From Actinomycetes bacterium (GTDB lineage Bacteria; Actinomycetota; Acidimicrobiia; Acidimicrobiales; SZUA-35): 64,000 bases of DNA. Of the stretch, positions 37,754 through 46,114 are shown in pieces; within the stretch, counting starts at the first letter, position 1, and every line of letters starts with the position of its first letter. Position numbers and translations under genes: made by a program. The notes beneath the pieces were generated by a model, which had not been told where the DNA came from, did not search any database, and saw nothing but the letters and a program-made list of their open reading frames with translations. The DNA lies in NCBI GenBank assembly GCA_024280015.1, contig JAJRQY010000132.1, forward strand, positions 5,436-69,435, written 5' to 3'.

Positions 37754-38971
37754 TTGATCAATATTGTTGTGGTGGTCGCGGTTGCTGTGGTGGCAGCCCT
37801 GGTCTTTAGTCCAAAGATGCGCGCCTCGATGAGGTGGCGAGCAACCGTTACCCCGCTGGCCTCGATCATCGGGTCAGGCTTCCTGGTGGTCACCCCCCTG
37901 CTGGCCTCCGTTGTCGGTTCATGGGCGCCACTGGCGATGATCGGCATTGTCCTGCTCGCCTACTGGGTGGGGGCGGCGATGCGCTTTGTGATTGCCGAGG
38001 TGGAACCGGTGCTGGCCAGCGCTGGGCCGCCGCGCTCCCTGGTCGGCCTTGAGCAGTTATCTCGTGTGCTCCTCAGTTTCGCCTACGTTGTGTCGGTTGC
38101 CTTCTACGTACGCTTGTTGGCGTCGTTTGTGCTTCGTTCTGCTGGCGATGGCGAGGTGCGAGCTCAGCTTCTGACGACTGCAATCCTGGCTGGAATTGGG
38201 GTTCTTGGATTTTTGCGCGGCCTTCGTGGACTGGAAAACTTCGAAGAGGGGGCTGTTGGCACCAAGCTGGCAATCATTGGCGGCTTACTCATTGGACTCT
38301 TGGTCTTCAATCTTGCTGATCCGCCAGCGGTGCTTGATGCCTATCGGGGAGGCGGAGTCCCATTTGCTGGATGGACGACGGTGCGGGTCCTGGCCGGAAT
38401 GCTCTTGGTGGTTCAGGGATTTGAAACCTCTCGGTACCTCGGCGAGCACTATGACGCCGAGACCCGTGTCGGTACCATGCGCCTGGCCCAGCTCATATCC
38501 AGCGCGGTCTACGTTGTCTTTGTTGCCCTTAGTGTTCGGGCCTTTGACGTGCTGCCGGCGAGGGTGGATGAAACCGCGATCCTGGACATGGCTGGCGAAG
38601 TTGCCACCGTCTTGGTCCCTCTTCTGGTCGTCGCCGCTATCGCCAGCCAGTTGAGTGCGGCCGTGGCCGACACCGCGGGTGGGGGAGAGATGTTGAGTGG
38701 CGCGAGTCGAGTTGTGCCCGCCGCCCGCTATGGCTACGTGATTGTTACCGGCCTGGCCATTGGGGTGGTCTGGCTCGTTGACGTGTTCGCCATCATTAGT
38801 GTGGCCTCTCGCGCCTTCGCCGCCTTCTACCTGGTGCAAACCGTCATGTCCTTCTTCGTCTTGTACCGAGATCGGTCCCTGCGCCGGCGGACAACCTTGC
38901 TCCTCAGCTACGGCGCGCTGATCCTGGTTTTGGCCTTCATCGTCGGGTTCGCCATCCCCGCAGACTCCTGA
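37754..38971 (+). CDS. polytopic membrane protein of unknown family (transporter-like, about 11 helices)
   Basis: TTG start. Continuous hydrophobic helices across 405 aa. No motif recognised. Confidence 0.6.
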   Translation: MINIVVVVAVAVVAALVFSPKMRASMRWRATVTPLASIIGSGFLVVTPLLASVVGSWAPLAMIGIVLLAYWVGAAMRFVIAEVEPVLASAGPPRSLVGLEQLSRVLLSFAYVVSVAFYVRLLASFVLRSAGDGEVRAQLLTTAILAGIGVLGFLRGLRGLENFEEGAVGTKLAIIGGLLIGLLVFNLADPPAVLDAYRGGGVPFAGWTTVRVLAGMLLVVQGFETSRYLGEHYDAETRVGTMRLAQLISSAVYVVFVALSVRAFDVLPARVDETAILDMAGEVATVLVPLLVVAAIASQLSAAVADTAGGGEMLSGASRVVPAARYGYVIVTGLAIGVVWLVDVFAIISVASRAFAAFYLVQTVMSFFVLYRDRSLRRRTTLLLSYGALILVLAFIVGFAIPADS

Positions 38972-38997
38972 ATCCGAGTCGCCGCCCCAGGTAAAGC

Positions 38998-39378
38998 TCA
39001 GCCGGAGACGTCTTCGGCCAGGCCAGCATCGATCTCGCTGGCGAGAACCTCCAGCCGGTGCAGCGACTGGACCAGCTCGTCCCGGTCATGGGGACACTCG
39101 TAGGCAATCGTCTCGGCATGATCGATCCAATCCTGCACGGTCTTGTCCAGCGATTCGTCGGGCGTTGGCAACAGGGTTGGAAGAGCAGTCCGGGCGCGAC
39201 CATCCAGATCATCGCAGAACGCCGTATCACCAGCAACGAGCTCGTCAATCGGCGGAATCAGTCCGCGTTGAAGCTCCCAGGTCTGTTCCCATGCGGCATC
39301 ACTTGGCCGATCATTGTCGCCGCCACATGAGGCAGCGAGCAGCAGAACGGCCCCGACAAGCACACAAAGTCGCGCCAT
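38998..39378 (-). CDS. hypothetical lipoprotein
   Basis: ATG 39378. Signal plus lipobox MARLCVLVGAVLLLAASCGG. Confidence 0.5.
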   Translation of the reverse strand: MARLCVLVGAVLLLAASCGGDNDRPSDAAWEQTWELQRGLIPPIDELVAGDTAFCDDLDGRARTALPTLLPTPDESLDKTVQDWIDHAETIAYECPHDRDELVQSLHRLEVLASEIDAGLAEDVSG

Positions 39379-39516
39379 TCGTTTCAAGAGTTTGGCCGAT
39401 CCGGCTTGCTGGCCTCGCCGCGGGCCTGCATCATCACGAGAAGTCACAATCTGGGCAGAATACCAGCTGGGCGAGGCTTGACCAGAGGACGACGTCTGCT
39501 GGTGACAAAAGTCCCG

Positions 39517-40179
39517 TTAGCTCGAAGAGGCGAGATCGGTGGCGATGGCGCTGGCTGAATAGTTGCCCGCGTTGCCCGGTAGCGCGGCCAGGTATTTCGC
39601 CGCCTGCTGATGGTCCATGCTCCACGAGTCGGCCAGGCCCTCGGCGATCACCGACAAGTAGGAGACGTGAGCCGGTTGAGGCGCAAGTGAAGGGTCGGGT
39701 GAGGCAATGGTAATTACCGGGGTGCGGTTGATCTCGCCCAGCAACTCGACTCGTCCGTACCAGCGATCAAGAAGGTGGAGCGAGCCCGTTGCTTGGAGCT
39801 GATCAAGGGCGATTGGGGCGACCGCCGGTTGACCATTCTCTTGTCGAAACAGATCCTCCAACTGGCCAAGCGTTATGCGCCAAGCCCGTCCCTTGGCCGG
39901 ACTGGATGGCTTGGTGTCGGCGTCAAGGAAGGCAACCCCACCGTCTCCCCAACGGTTGGATGAACCAGCGAAGAAGAGGGTCCGATCGATGGCAAAGGGC
40001 TGGTCATCGGTGGGTAGGGACTGGTCTCGGGCGGAGTCTTGCTGGTGGCCAGCGGTCGAGCCCGGAATGGGCCCGCCCTGGATATAGCGAAGGAATCGTT
40101 GGCGCGACAGATTGGATCCATAGGCGGCATACCACACTGGTTGGTCCAGCCTTGCCTGGTCCGCTTCGATCTCACTCAT
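39517..40179 (-). CDS. hypothetical protein with GGCT/AIG2-like N-terminal motif
   Basis: ATG 40179 forms an ATGA overlap with the prmA stop. The N-terminal VWYAAYGSNLSRQRF resembles the YxxYGSNx motif of gamma-glutamylcyclotransferase-like folds. Confidence 0.45.
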   Translation of the reverse strand: MSEIEADQARLDQPVWYAAYGSNLSRQRFLRYIQGGPIPGSTAGHQQDSARDQSLPTDDQPFAIDRTLFFAGSSNRWGDGGVAFLDADTKPSSPAKGRAWRITLGQLEDLFRQENGQPAVAPIALDQLQATGSLHLLDRWYGRVELLGEINRTPVITIASPDPSLAPQPAHVSYLSVIAEGLADSWSMDHQQAAKYLAALPGNAGNYSASAIATDLASSS

Positions 40180-40937
40180 CGCAGAACCACACAAACCCAA
40201 CCGTCTCGATCTAAGCGGCTTACCGGAAGCAGAGGAGCGAACAACTCCACCACCTCATCGGCTTGTTCCTCCAAGAAGCCACTGAGCACCAGCGTCTCAC
40301 CCACCAATGGGGAGATGGCCCCAGCCAAGGGCCGCAGGTCGGCGAGCAGCATGTTGGCCACCACCAAATCAAAGGGATCGTTGTCGCTGAGCAACTCCGA
40401 TAGGCCGGTGTCGGTGACCTCGATGGAGGCATTGTTTGTTTGGGCGTTTCGGATCGCTGACTCGATAGCTGTGGGGTCGTTGTCGACAGCGATCACGCGC
40501 CCAGCCCCCAACTTCTTGGCGGCAATGGCCAGAACTCCTGAACCGGTTCCAATATCGAGAAAGGAAGAGTCGTGCCCGACCAGCGCCAGCAAGGTGTCGA
40601 TCACCAGCTGGGTCGTCGGGTGTTGACCATGCCCAAAGGCGTGCTGTGCGTCGATTCGCAGCACTGTGCCCGCCAGCGAGATTTCCGTCACTGGTGGACC
40701 TTCCCAGGCTGACGGATCCAATGCTTCGACGGTGGCGTCGCCATGAGTATCGGCCAAGAGGTGGGCGGCGGAGTCGGCATCGGACTCGGATTCAAAACCG
40801 GCAACGAGGAGGACCCGTTCTTCGGAGCCAGCAGGGTCGGGAAGCTCTGCCACTCCCGTGGTTCCAGCATCCCAAAACTTGCTAGAAACCGCTTCGACGG
40901 ATTGGGTTGGAACAGTGATACGGACAAGCCAAGACAT
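40176..40937 (-). CDS. prmA: ribosomal protein L11 methyltransferase-like SAM-dependent methyltransferase
   Basis: ATG 40937. SAM motif FLDIGTGSGVLAIAAKKLGA followed by VIAVDNDP. Confidence 0.75.
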   Translation of the reverse strand: MSWLVRITVPTQSVEAVSSKFWDAGTTGVAELPDPAGSEERVLLVAGFESESDADSAAHLLADTHGDATVEALDPSAWEGPPVTEISLAGTVLRIDAQHAFGHGQHPTTQLVIDTLLALVGHDSSFLDIGTGSGVLAIAAKKLGAGRVIAVDNDPTAIESAIRNAQTNNASIEVTDTGLSELLSDNDPFDLVVANMLLADLRPLAGAISPLVGETLVLSGFLEEQADEVVELFAPLLPVSRLDRDGWVCVVLR

Positions 40938-40992
40938 TGCTCCCAGGCTAGACAGGTTGTAAGTCGGTCGTTGTTGGTCAACACTTGCGACC

Positions 40993-42618
40993 ATGACCGG
41001 CGAACCCGACCACGACCAACCCACTGATCGGGCGCCATCACTGTGTGCAGCCATTGATATTGGGACCAACTCGATGCATCTGGTTGTTGCCCGCACCAAT
41101 GAGGGCGGCGGCTATGAGGTCCTGACTACCGAGAAGGAGATGGTTCGACTCGGAACTGGTGCCGGTGATATGAAAGAGCTTGCTCCCGATGCCATGGACC
41201 GCGGCATTGCCGCCCTCAAACGAATGGTTCGGGTAGCGGAGAGCTTCGGTACTCCAAAGCTCTGCGCCGTCGCCACCAGCGCGGTGCGAGAAGCCTCCAA
41301 CAAACAGGTCTTTCTTGACCGGGCTCGAGAGGAGGTCGGGGTCGAAATCGAGGTCATTAGTGGCTTTGAAGAGGCGCGTCTCATCCATCTGGGGGTACTG
41401 CAAGCCTTGCCGGTGTATGACCGGCGGATCATCCTGGCCGATATTGGTGGTGGCAGTACCGAATTGTTGGTTGGGAAGAAGGGTGTGACCCTTGAGGCCC
41501 GCAGCATGAAGCTCGGAGCCATCCGTCTTACCCAACGTTTCTTCCCCGACCGCACGGTGAGCGATGAGGCGGTGCAGGATTGTCGAAACCATGTGCGGGC
41601 CGCTTTGGCCGCAGTGGTGCGCGAGCTTAGCGGCCACCAGCCCGAGGTTGCCATTGGCAGTTCGGGAACAATCAGCACAGTGGCCACCATGATTCTGAAC
41701 CGCCGCAGTGCGAGTTCGAAAAATCTGAATGGGGCGACCTTCACCCGAGTCGAGTTGGATGCCTTGATCAAGGAGATTCTTGCCACTAAGCCAGAGGATC
41801 GGCACAAGCTTGATGGTCTGGATCTGAAGCGGGTCGACATCATTGTTGGTGGTGTGCTGCTCCTGTCGGAGATTTTCCAGGCGTTCAAGCTGGAGGAGAT
41901 GATGATCTCTGACTTTGCTCTGCGCGAAGGGGTCTTGTTTGACCGGTTCGGAGGTGGGGCGGCAACGGAGTCATTGGCGGACATTCGTGCCGCCAACGTC
42001 CGGCGGCTTGCTCGTCAGCTGGATCCAGATCCCGCTCACGCCCAAGTGACGGGTGCCCTGGCAGTCCAGCTTTTTGACCGTACGACCAAGCTGCATTCGT
42101 TGGGGGATTGGGAACGTGAGATTCTGGAGTCAGCGGCCATTGTTCACAATGTTGGATTGTTCATCAGTCATTCCAGTCACCACAAGCACAGCTACTACGT
42201 GATTCGCAATAGTGAGCACCTGACGGGCTTCACCCAGCACGAGATCGAACTCATCGCCCAGATTGCTCGTTATCACCGCAAGAGTCATCCCTCAGATAAA
42301 CACGTTCCTTTTGCCCAGCTGCATGACGATGACAAGCAGCTGGTTCGAGTCTTGGCTGGTCTGTTGCGGGTAGCCATTGGTCTTGACCGCAGCCATAAGG
42401 GATCAGTGAAGAACCTGCGGGTCTTCCTCGAGGATTCGGCTGATGGCGCTGACCATGCCCAGACGCTCACCATTGAGCCAGTGCCCCATGAGGGTGAGAG
42501 CCTGGATCTGGAGATTTATTCGGCCGCTGAGCGTTCGGGGTTGCTGGCCAAAGCACTGGACGTGACCGTTATTGTGCAAGCCCCCGTTGCCGGCAACTCT
42601 GAACACTTGTCCAGCTGA
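40993..42618 (+). CDS. Ppx/GppA-family phosphatase with C-terminal HD domain
   Basis: AAIDIGTNSMHLVV and ADIGGGSTEL actin-like ATPase motifs. C-terminal HHKHSYYVIRN HD region. Confidence 0.9.
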   Translation: MTGEPDHDQPTDRAPSLCAAIDIGTNSMHLVVARTNEGGGYEVLTTEKEMVRLGTGAGDMKELAPDAMDRGIAALKRMVRVAESFGTPKLCAVATSAVREASNKQVFLDRAREEVGVEIEVISGFEEARLIHLGVLQALPVYDRRIILADIGGGSTELLVGKKGVTLEARSMKLGAIRLTQRFFPDRTVSDEAVQDCRNHVRAALAAVVRELSGHQPEVAIGSSGTISTVATMILNRRSASSKNLNGATFTRVELDALIKEILATKPEDRHKLDGLDLKRVDIIVGGVLLLSEIFQAFKLEEMMISDFALREGVLFDRFGGGAATESLADIRAANVRRLARQLDPDPAHAQVTGALAVQLFDRTTKLHSLGDWEREILESAAIVHNVGLFISHSSHHKHSYYVIRNSEHLTGFTQHEIELIAQIARYHRKSHPSDKHVPFAQLHDDDKQLVRVLAGLLRVAIGLDRSHKGSVKNLRVFLEDSADGADHAQTLTIEPVPHEGESLDLEIYSAAERSGLLAKALDVTVIVQAPVAGNSEHLSS

Positions 42619-42852
42619 CGTTCAGCCCCGCGTACAACGGTGGTCACAACATTGTTGGCTTCCGCCACAAATACGGCAGCAGTGCCGTTGGATGGATCCA
42701 CCCTGATCGCTCGACCCGGGCCGGATTTGGTGGGTGCCGATGTTGACCAGTCTCCGTCCAGGAAGACAGTGTTGGGTTGAGCACAGAGACTCGACGCACC
42801 TCGTTTGCTGCTGACACAAGCCTGAGCAATCAAATGCACTTACACTCAACGC

Positions 42853-42955
42853 ACGTGCCTAAAGCGTGCCTATTTGCCTGGCACGGCGTACGGTCAAAGG
42901 TCTAGACACATCAGTTCGCAGTAGGGATCAAGCCATGCCTACGACGTGCCTAAAG
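42853..42955 (+). repeat. iterated motif: ACGTGCCTAAAG x2 (42853-42864, 42944-42955) plus two more (G/A)TGCCTA copies and the inverted repeat GTGCC-N9-GGCAC
   Basis: Read directly from the sequence, in the 374-bp non-coding leader upstream of the NTPase-fragment ORF. Confidence 0.7.
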
Positions 42956-42992
42956 ACGTTGATACATCGAGTAATTCTGAAAGGCGGAGCCA

Positions 42993-43292
42993 ATGGCAAG
43001 TCAACAGAACCCCTTCACGCCAGGTTGGGGCACACAGCCACCGGTAGTGGTTGGACGTCAAGAGCTTCTATCCAAGGTGGGTGAAGTCTATGTCAACCCT
43101 GGGTGGCAGAACCGCTACGCCAACCTGTCCCTCATTGAGCGCCGGGGAATCGGAAAGACAGTGTTGCTGACCGAATTTCACCACCTCGCCACTGATGAGG
43201 GGTGGCTAGTGATCGCCGATTCTGCTGGCCGCAAGACAGGTTCGTTCGTGGACCGTATTGCCGCTTCTCTGAACGAGTTTGACCTCCCATGA
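42993..43292 (+). CDS. N-terminal fragment of a P-loop NTPase (AAA_16/ATPase_2-like ATP-binding protein), truncated at 99 aa
   Basis: The opening NPFTPGWGTQPPVVVGRQELL is typical of this family. Walker A RRGIGKTVLL. No Walker B or downstream domains. Likely a remnant. Confidence 0.5.
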   Translation: MASQQNPFTPGWGTQPPVVVGRQELLSKVGEVYVNPGWQNRYANLSLIERRGIGKTVLLTEFHHLATDEGWLVIADSAGRKTGSFVDRIAASLNEFDLP

Positions 43293-43555
43293 GTTCGCCC
43301 GAGACCCGAAAGGGCGATCTAGGATCGCGCCTCCGACGGTCAGCTTTGGCACTATTCTGGGCGGCGCTTGCATTTGTTCCGACAGCCCTTGCCTGCTTCG
43401 GAATTGTCATCCTGGTGGGCTCAATTGGGCGTCAGACAGGTGATACCAATACTGCCGCATTCGGTCTCATGTATATCGTTGTTGGTGGCCTCTTTGCCGC
43501 TCCGCTTTGGGCCATCGCGATCTCGACTTTCAAAGGTCGGGACACCTCGACATAG
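43289..43555 (+). CDS. small two-TM hypothetical protein
   Basis: ATGA overlap with the preceding ORF. Helices ALALFWAALAFVPTALACFGIVILVG and FGLMYIVVGGLFAAPLWAIAI. Third-position GC is visibly lower than in core genes. Confidence 0.4.
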   Translation: MSSPETRKGDLGSRLRRSALALFWAALAFVPTALACFGIVILVGSIGRQTGDTNTAAFGLMYIVVGGLFAAPLWAIAISTFKGRDTST

Positions 43556-43730
43556 CCCGAGCAAAACTATTGGTCGAGGTTTCAAGCCATCCACCGATTT
43601 CCTCCAACTTGACCTCAATTGCTGCCTTCACATCAGCCACGGAGGCAGGGTGATTCGCTAGATGCGTCTAGCATCACGAGATCAGCTACCTTGTCGGTAT
43701 CGGTGCCCGGGGGTCATGTGAGGGGGAGAC

Positions 43731-44156
43731 ATGTTGATCGGCTTCCGTAGCCTGCTATTTGCGGCGATCGTTGTTTTCGCTGGTTGCACCGACGTGCTTC
43801 AAGACCGTTCGCCTTCCGTCTATGAGTCATCGCCGCGGTTTTCGGTGCGGTATGACGAAGTTGATGAGGTGTTGCTGTTGTCCAAGCCGCCGACGGCACA
43901 GTGTTTCTGGGTTCAGAGATGGTCAAGCGATGAGCGTGAATGGTTAGTTGTCGGATCCATACCAGCCAATGGCCGCATTTGGCCTGGCGTTGACGAGGTT
44001 TTCGGTACCAAAGACATTACGGATCCTGGATGTGACGACGTCGGGCTGGAACCCGCGCCGCTTTGGAGGGTGCCGTTCTCACATGCCATGCCGGGCATCT
44101 ACCGTGTTGTGTGGCTGGCCGAGGGCGAGTACTCAGAGCCGATTGAGATTCTCTAG
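43731..44156 (+). CDS. hypothetical lipoprotein
   Basis: ATG is preceded by GGGGGAG. Signal plus lipobox LLFAAIVVFAGC. No family recognised. Confidence 0.5.
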   Translation: MLIGFRSLLFAAIVVFAGCTDVLQDRSPSVYESSPRFSVRYDEVDEVLLLSKPPTAQCFWVQRWSSDEREWLVVGSIPANGRIWPGVDEVFGTKDITDPGCDDVGLEPAPLWRVPFSHAMPGIYRVVWLAEGEYSEPIEIL

Positions 44157-44188
44157 CAGCCGAACGGAGCAGTCGAACCGGACACTGA

Positions 44189-44218
44189 TTGACACCTAGG
44201 TACCTTGATCGGTAGACT
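44189..44218 (+). promoter_or_regulatory. candidate promoter TTGACA-18 nt-TAGACT, 7 nt upstream of the vapB GTG (leaderless-type)
   Basis: Hexamers read directly from the sequence. No Shine-Dalgarno sequence lies between them and GTG 44226. Confidence 0.35.
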
Positions 44219-44225
44219 TACACCT

Positions 44226-44462
44226 GTGGTCCTAAGCATCAAGAGTCAGCGAGCCGATGAACTCGCCCGAGAATTGGCGCATCTCACGGGTGAGTCGATT
44301 ACCGACGCGGTTGTTTCCTCGCTTGAAGCGAAGCTCGCCGTGGAGCGCCGCAAGGGAAGGAAGCTCACCGACATTGTTGATCGATTCAGCCTTCTTCCGG
44401 CGCTGGACGACCGACCGGCCGATGAGATTCTTGGCTATGACGAAAGTGGCCTCCCATCGTGA
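44226..44462 (+). CDS. vapB: type II antitoxin VapB (FitA/Rv0623-like)
   Basis: LSIKSQRADELARELAHLTGESITDAV matches the canonical N-terminus of this antitoxin family. 4-nt overlap with vapC. Confidence 0.75.
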   Translation: MVLSIKSQRADELARELAHLTGESITDAVVSSLEAKLAVERRKGRKLTDIVDRFSLLPALDDRPADEILGYDESGLPS

Positions 44463-44845
44463 ATGCCATTGACACCTCGGCGGTCATAGCCATTCTGTTC
44501 GGCGAGGTCGGAAGTGAAGCGATCGAACGGAAACTGATGGGGGAACGAGCCGTGATGTCGGCGGCCACGCGCGTTGAACTGGGCATTGTTGTTGAGGCGA
44601 GAAGAGGTCCGGCTGGTACCCAACTTCTTGAAGAACTACTTCACCGGGCCGAGGTCGAGGTCGCCGAAATGGACGAGAACCAAGCGATTGAAGCGCTCGT
44701 CGGTTGGCGCCGATTCGGTAAGGGGCGACACGCCGCCAACCTGAATCTTGGTGATACGTACTCGTATGCTCTCGCTATTGCTCGGAGGTGTCCGCTTTTG
44801 TTTGTCGGAAATGACTTCAGTCAGACTGACGTCCAAGTCGCCTGA
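44459..44845 (+). CDS. vapC: type II toxin VapC (PIN-domain ribonuclease)
   Basis: N-terminal IDTSAVIAIL (first acidic residue), central E, and C-terminal NLGDTYSYALA and FVGNDF motifs. Confidence 0.85.
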   Translation: MNAIDTSAVIAILFGEVGSEAIERKLMGERAVMSAATRVELGIVVEARRGPAGTQLLEELLHRAEVEVAEMDENQAIEALVGWRRFGKGRHAANLNLGDTYSYALAIARRCPLLFVGNDFSQTDVQVA

Positions 44846-44867
44846 GGGTAGTTCTAGAAAACTACCC
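44846..44867. terminator. hairpin shared by convergent vapC and the lipoprotein gene (GGGTAGTT-6 nt-AACTACCC)
   Basis: Perfect 8-bp inverted repeat placed between and over the two stop codons. Confidence 0.45.
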
Positions 44868-46058
44868 GCACGTCATGCCTTGGTCGGGTCTCCCGATTAG
44901 TGAATGTAAGGGCTGGCCACTTACAGCTCGTGGCGGCTCGGCATCTGATCCAAGTTCGGCCAGCAAGACTTCGGTTGACAAGACGTAGCGTTCCGCCGCA
45001 ATCAGGAATTCAGGCGGCATGTCGGTTCTAGCAACAATCTTGGTTTCCCGGACTCCTCGAAACAGTCGGCACTCGATCGAGTTGGCCAGTTCCGTTGAAT
45101 GAAGAACACCTTCCTGATGGCCAAACGACTCGTACTGAAGTCTGGCAAGTGGCCACAGGAGCACATTGTCGGTCAACGTCAGAGATTCGGTGACGGCTGG
45201 CGTCGCGTCGGGACGTCCCCGTAGGGATACTCGCACAGGAAGCTGCCCGACAATGTCGAGGTCCAGCACGATGGCGTAGGTCCCTTCGTCATAGATCGAG
45301 GGGCATTCCGCGTCTCCGCCAGGCCGGAACCAGTCGATGATGATGCGGCCATCCGTGACGTTCACCGCATCAAGACGGATCCCGCAGATCCCGCCATTGA
45401 TTCCCCAACCTTTGGTCTGGATCGTTAAAACGACTTCATGGGAGAAGTCGACTTCTGGTTGGGCGCCGATCGGGCCAAGCAATGGCTCGGGCCCAGCCTG
45501 GAAGGTGCCCCACATGGCGTCGTAGCCCGCTTGGCTGGTGATCAAACTAGGGGAGTCGCCAACCTCAATCGACTGAGCCCCGAGCCACCTCCAACCGAGT
45601 CCACCCAACGGCTGGCGCCCGTCGGCCACGTACCCCTCAGGATCGGCGCCGTCCACACATACTTCTGATGGATCAACCAGGGTTGCCAGTGTCTTGAGGG
45701 CTTCTTCGTTCAGGACGTAGAGCTGCAAGAGGACTCGTGAGCCCGGCTCGAAGGTTGCACCGTGACCGAGTCCGGCCGCAGCAGTCGCACGAAAGAGCTC
45801 TTCGCGGCGTTCGTCGGTGAGTTGATCGTTCGGTTCGCGATGGCCACACCTCTCGAACCCGTACTGGACGAGCAGCGCGTCAACGTCGACATGTTCAGAG
45901 GTCGATGAAGCTTCAGTCGAGGTTGTTTGGGCAGTCGAGGTTGCGGTGCTCGCCTGGGAAGCTGCTGTGGTGATCGAAGAAGAGTCGGAATCGGTCGAGC
46001 AGGCGGTGACGCCAAGCCAAAGGCCCAACAAGAGAGCAGCGCATGATCGTCCAGTCAT
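44862..46058 (-). CDS. hypothetical lipoprotein with Ser/Thr-rich linker
   Basis: ATG 46058 is preceded by GAGGA. Signal plus lipobox MTGRSCAALLLGLWLGVTAC. No family recognised. Confidence 0.55.
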   Translation of the reverse strand: MTGRSCAALLLGLWLGVTACSTDSDSSSITTAASQASTATSTAQTTSTEASSTSEHVDVDALLVQYGFERCGHREPNDQLTDERREELFRATAAAGLGHGATFEPGSRVLLQLYVLNEEALKTLATLVDPSEVCVDGADPEGYVADGRQPLGGLGWRWLGAQSIEVGDSPSLITSQAGYDAMWGTFQAGPEPLLGPIGAQPEVDFSHEVVLTIQTKGWGINGGICGIRLDAVNVTDGRIIIDWFRPGGDAECPSIYDEGTYAIVLDLDIVGQLPVRVSLRGRPDATPAVTESLTLTDNVLLWPLARLQYESFGHQEGVLHSTELANSIECRLFRGVRETKIVARTDMPPEFLIAAERYVLSTEVLLAELGSDAEPPRAVSGQPLHSLIGRPDQGMTCG

Positions 46059-46114
46059 GGTTCCTCTGACGTTCCAGCGGTGGGCCTGGTTCCCCGATGA
46101 AGAATGACTCATGC

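Noticed and set aside
41038-41996. Two long minus-strand ORFs (255 and 294 aa) inside the Ppx/GppA gene
   Set aside because: They are antisense shadows of a well-supported + strand gene, with Ser/Arg/Ala-rich composition.
43556-43730. Inverted repeat GCTAGA-N4-TCTAGC and a short minus-strand ORF (VADVKAAIEVKLEEIGGWLETSTNSFARAMSRCPDL) between the 2-TM ORF and the lipoprotein gene
   Set aside because: The ORF is under 40 aa with only a GTG start and no recognisable family, and the repeat arms are only 6 bp. This is too weak to call.
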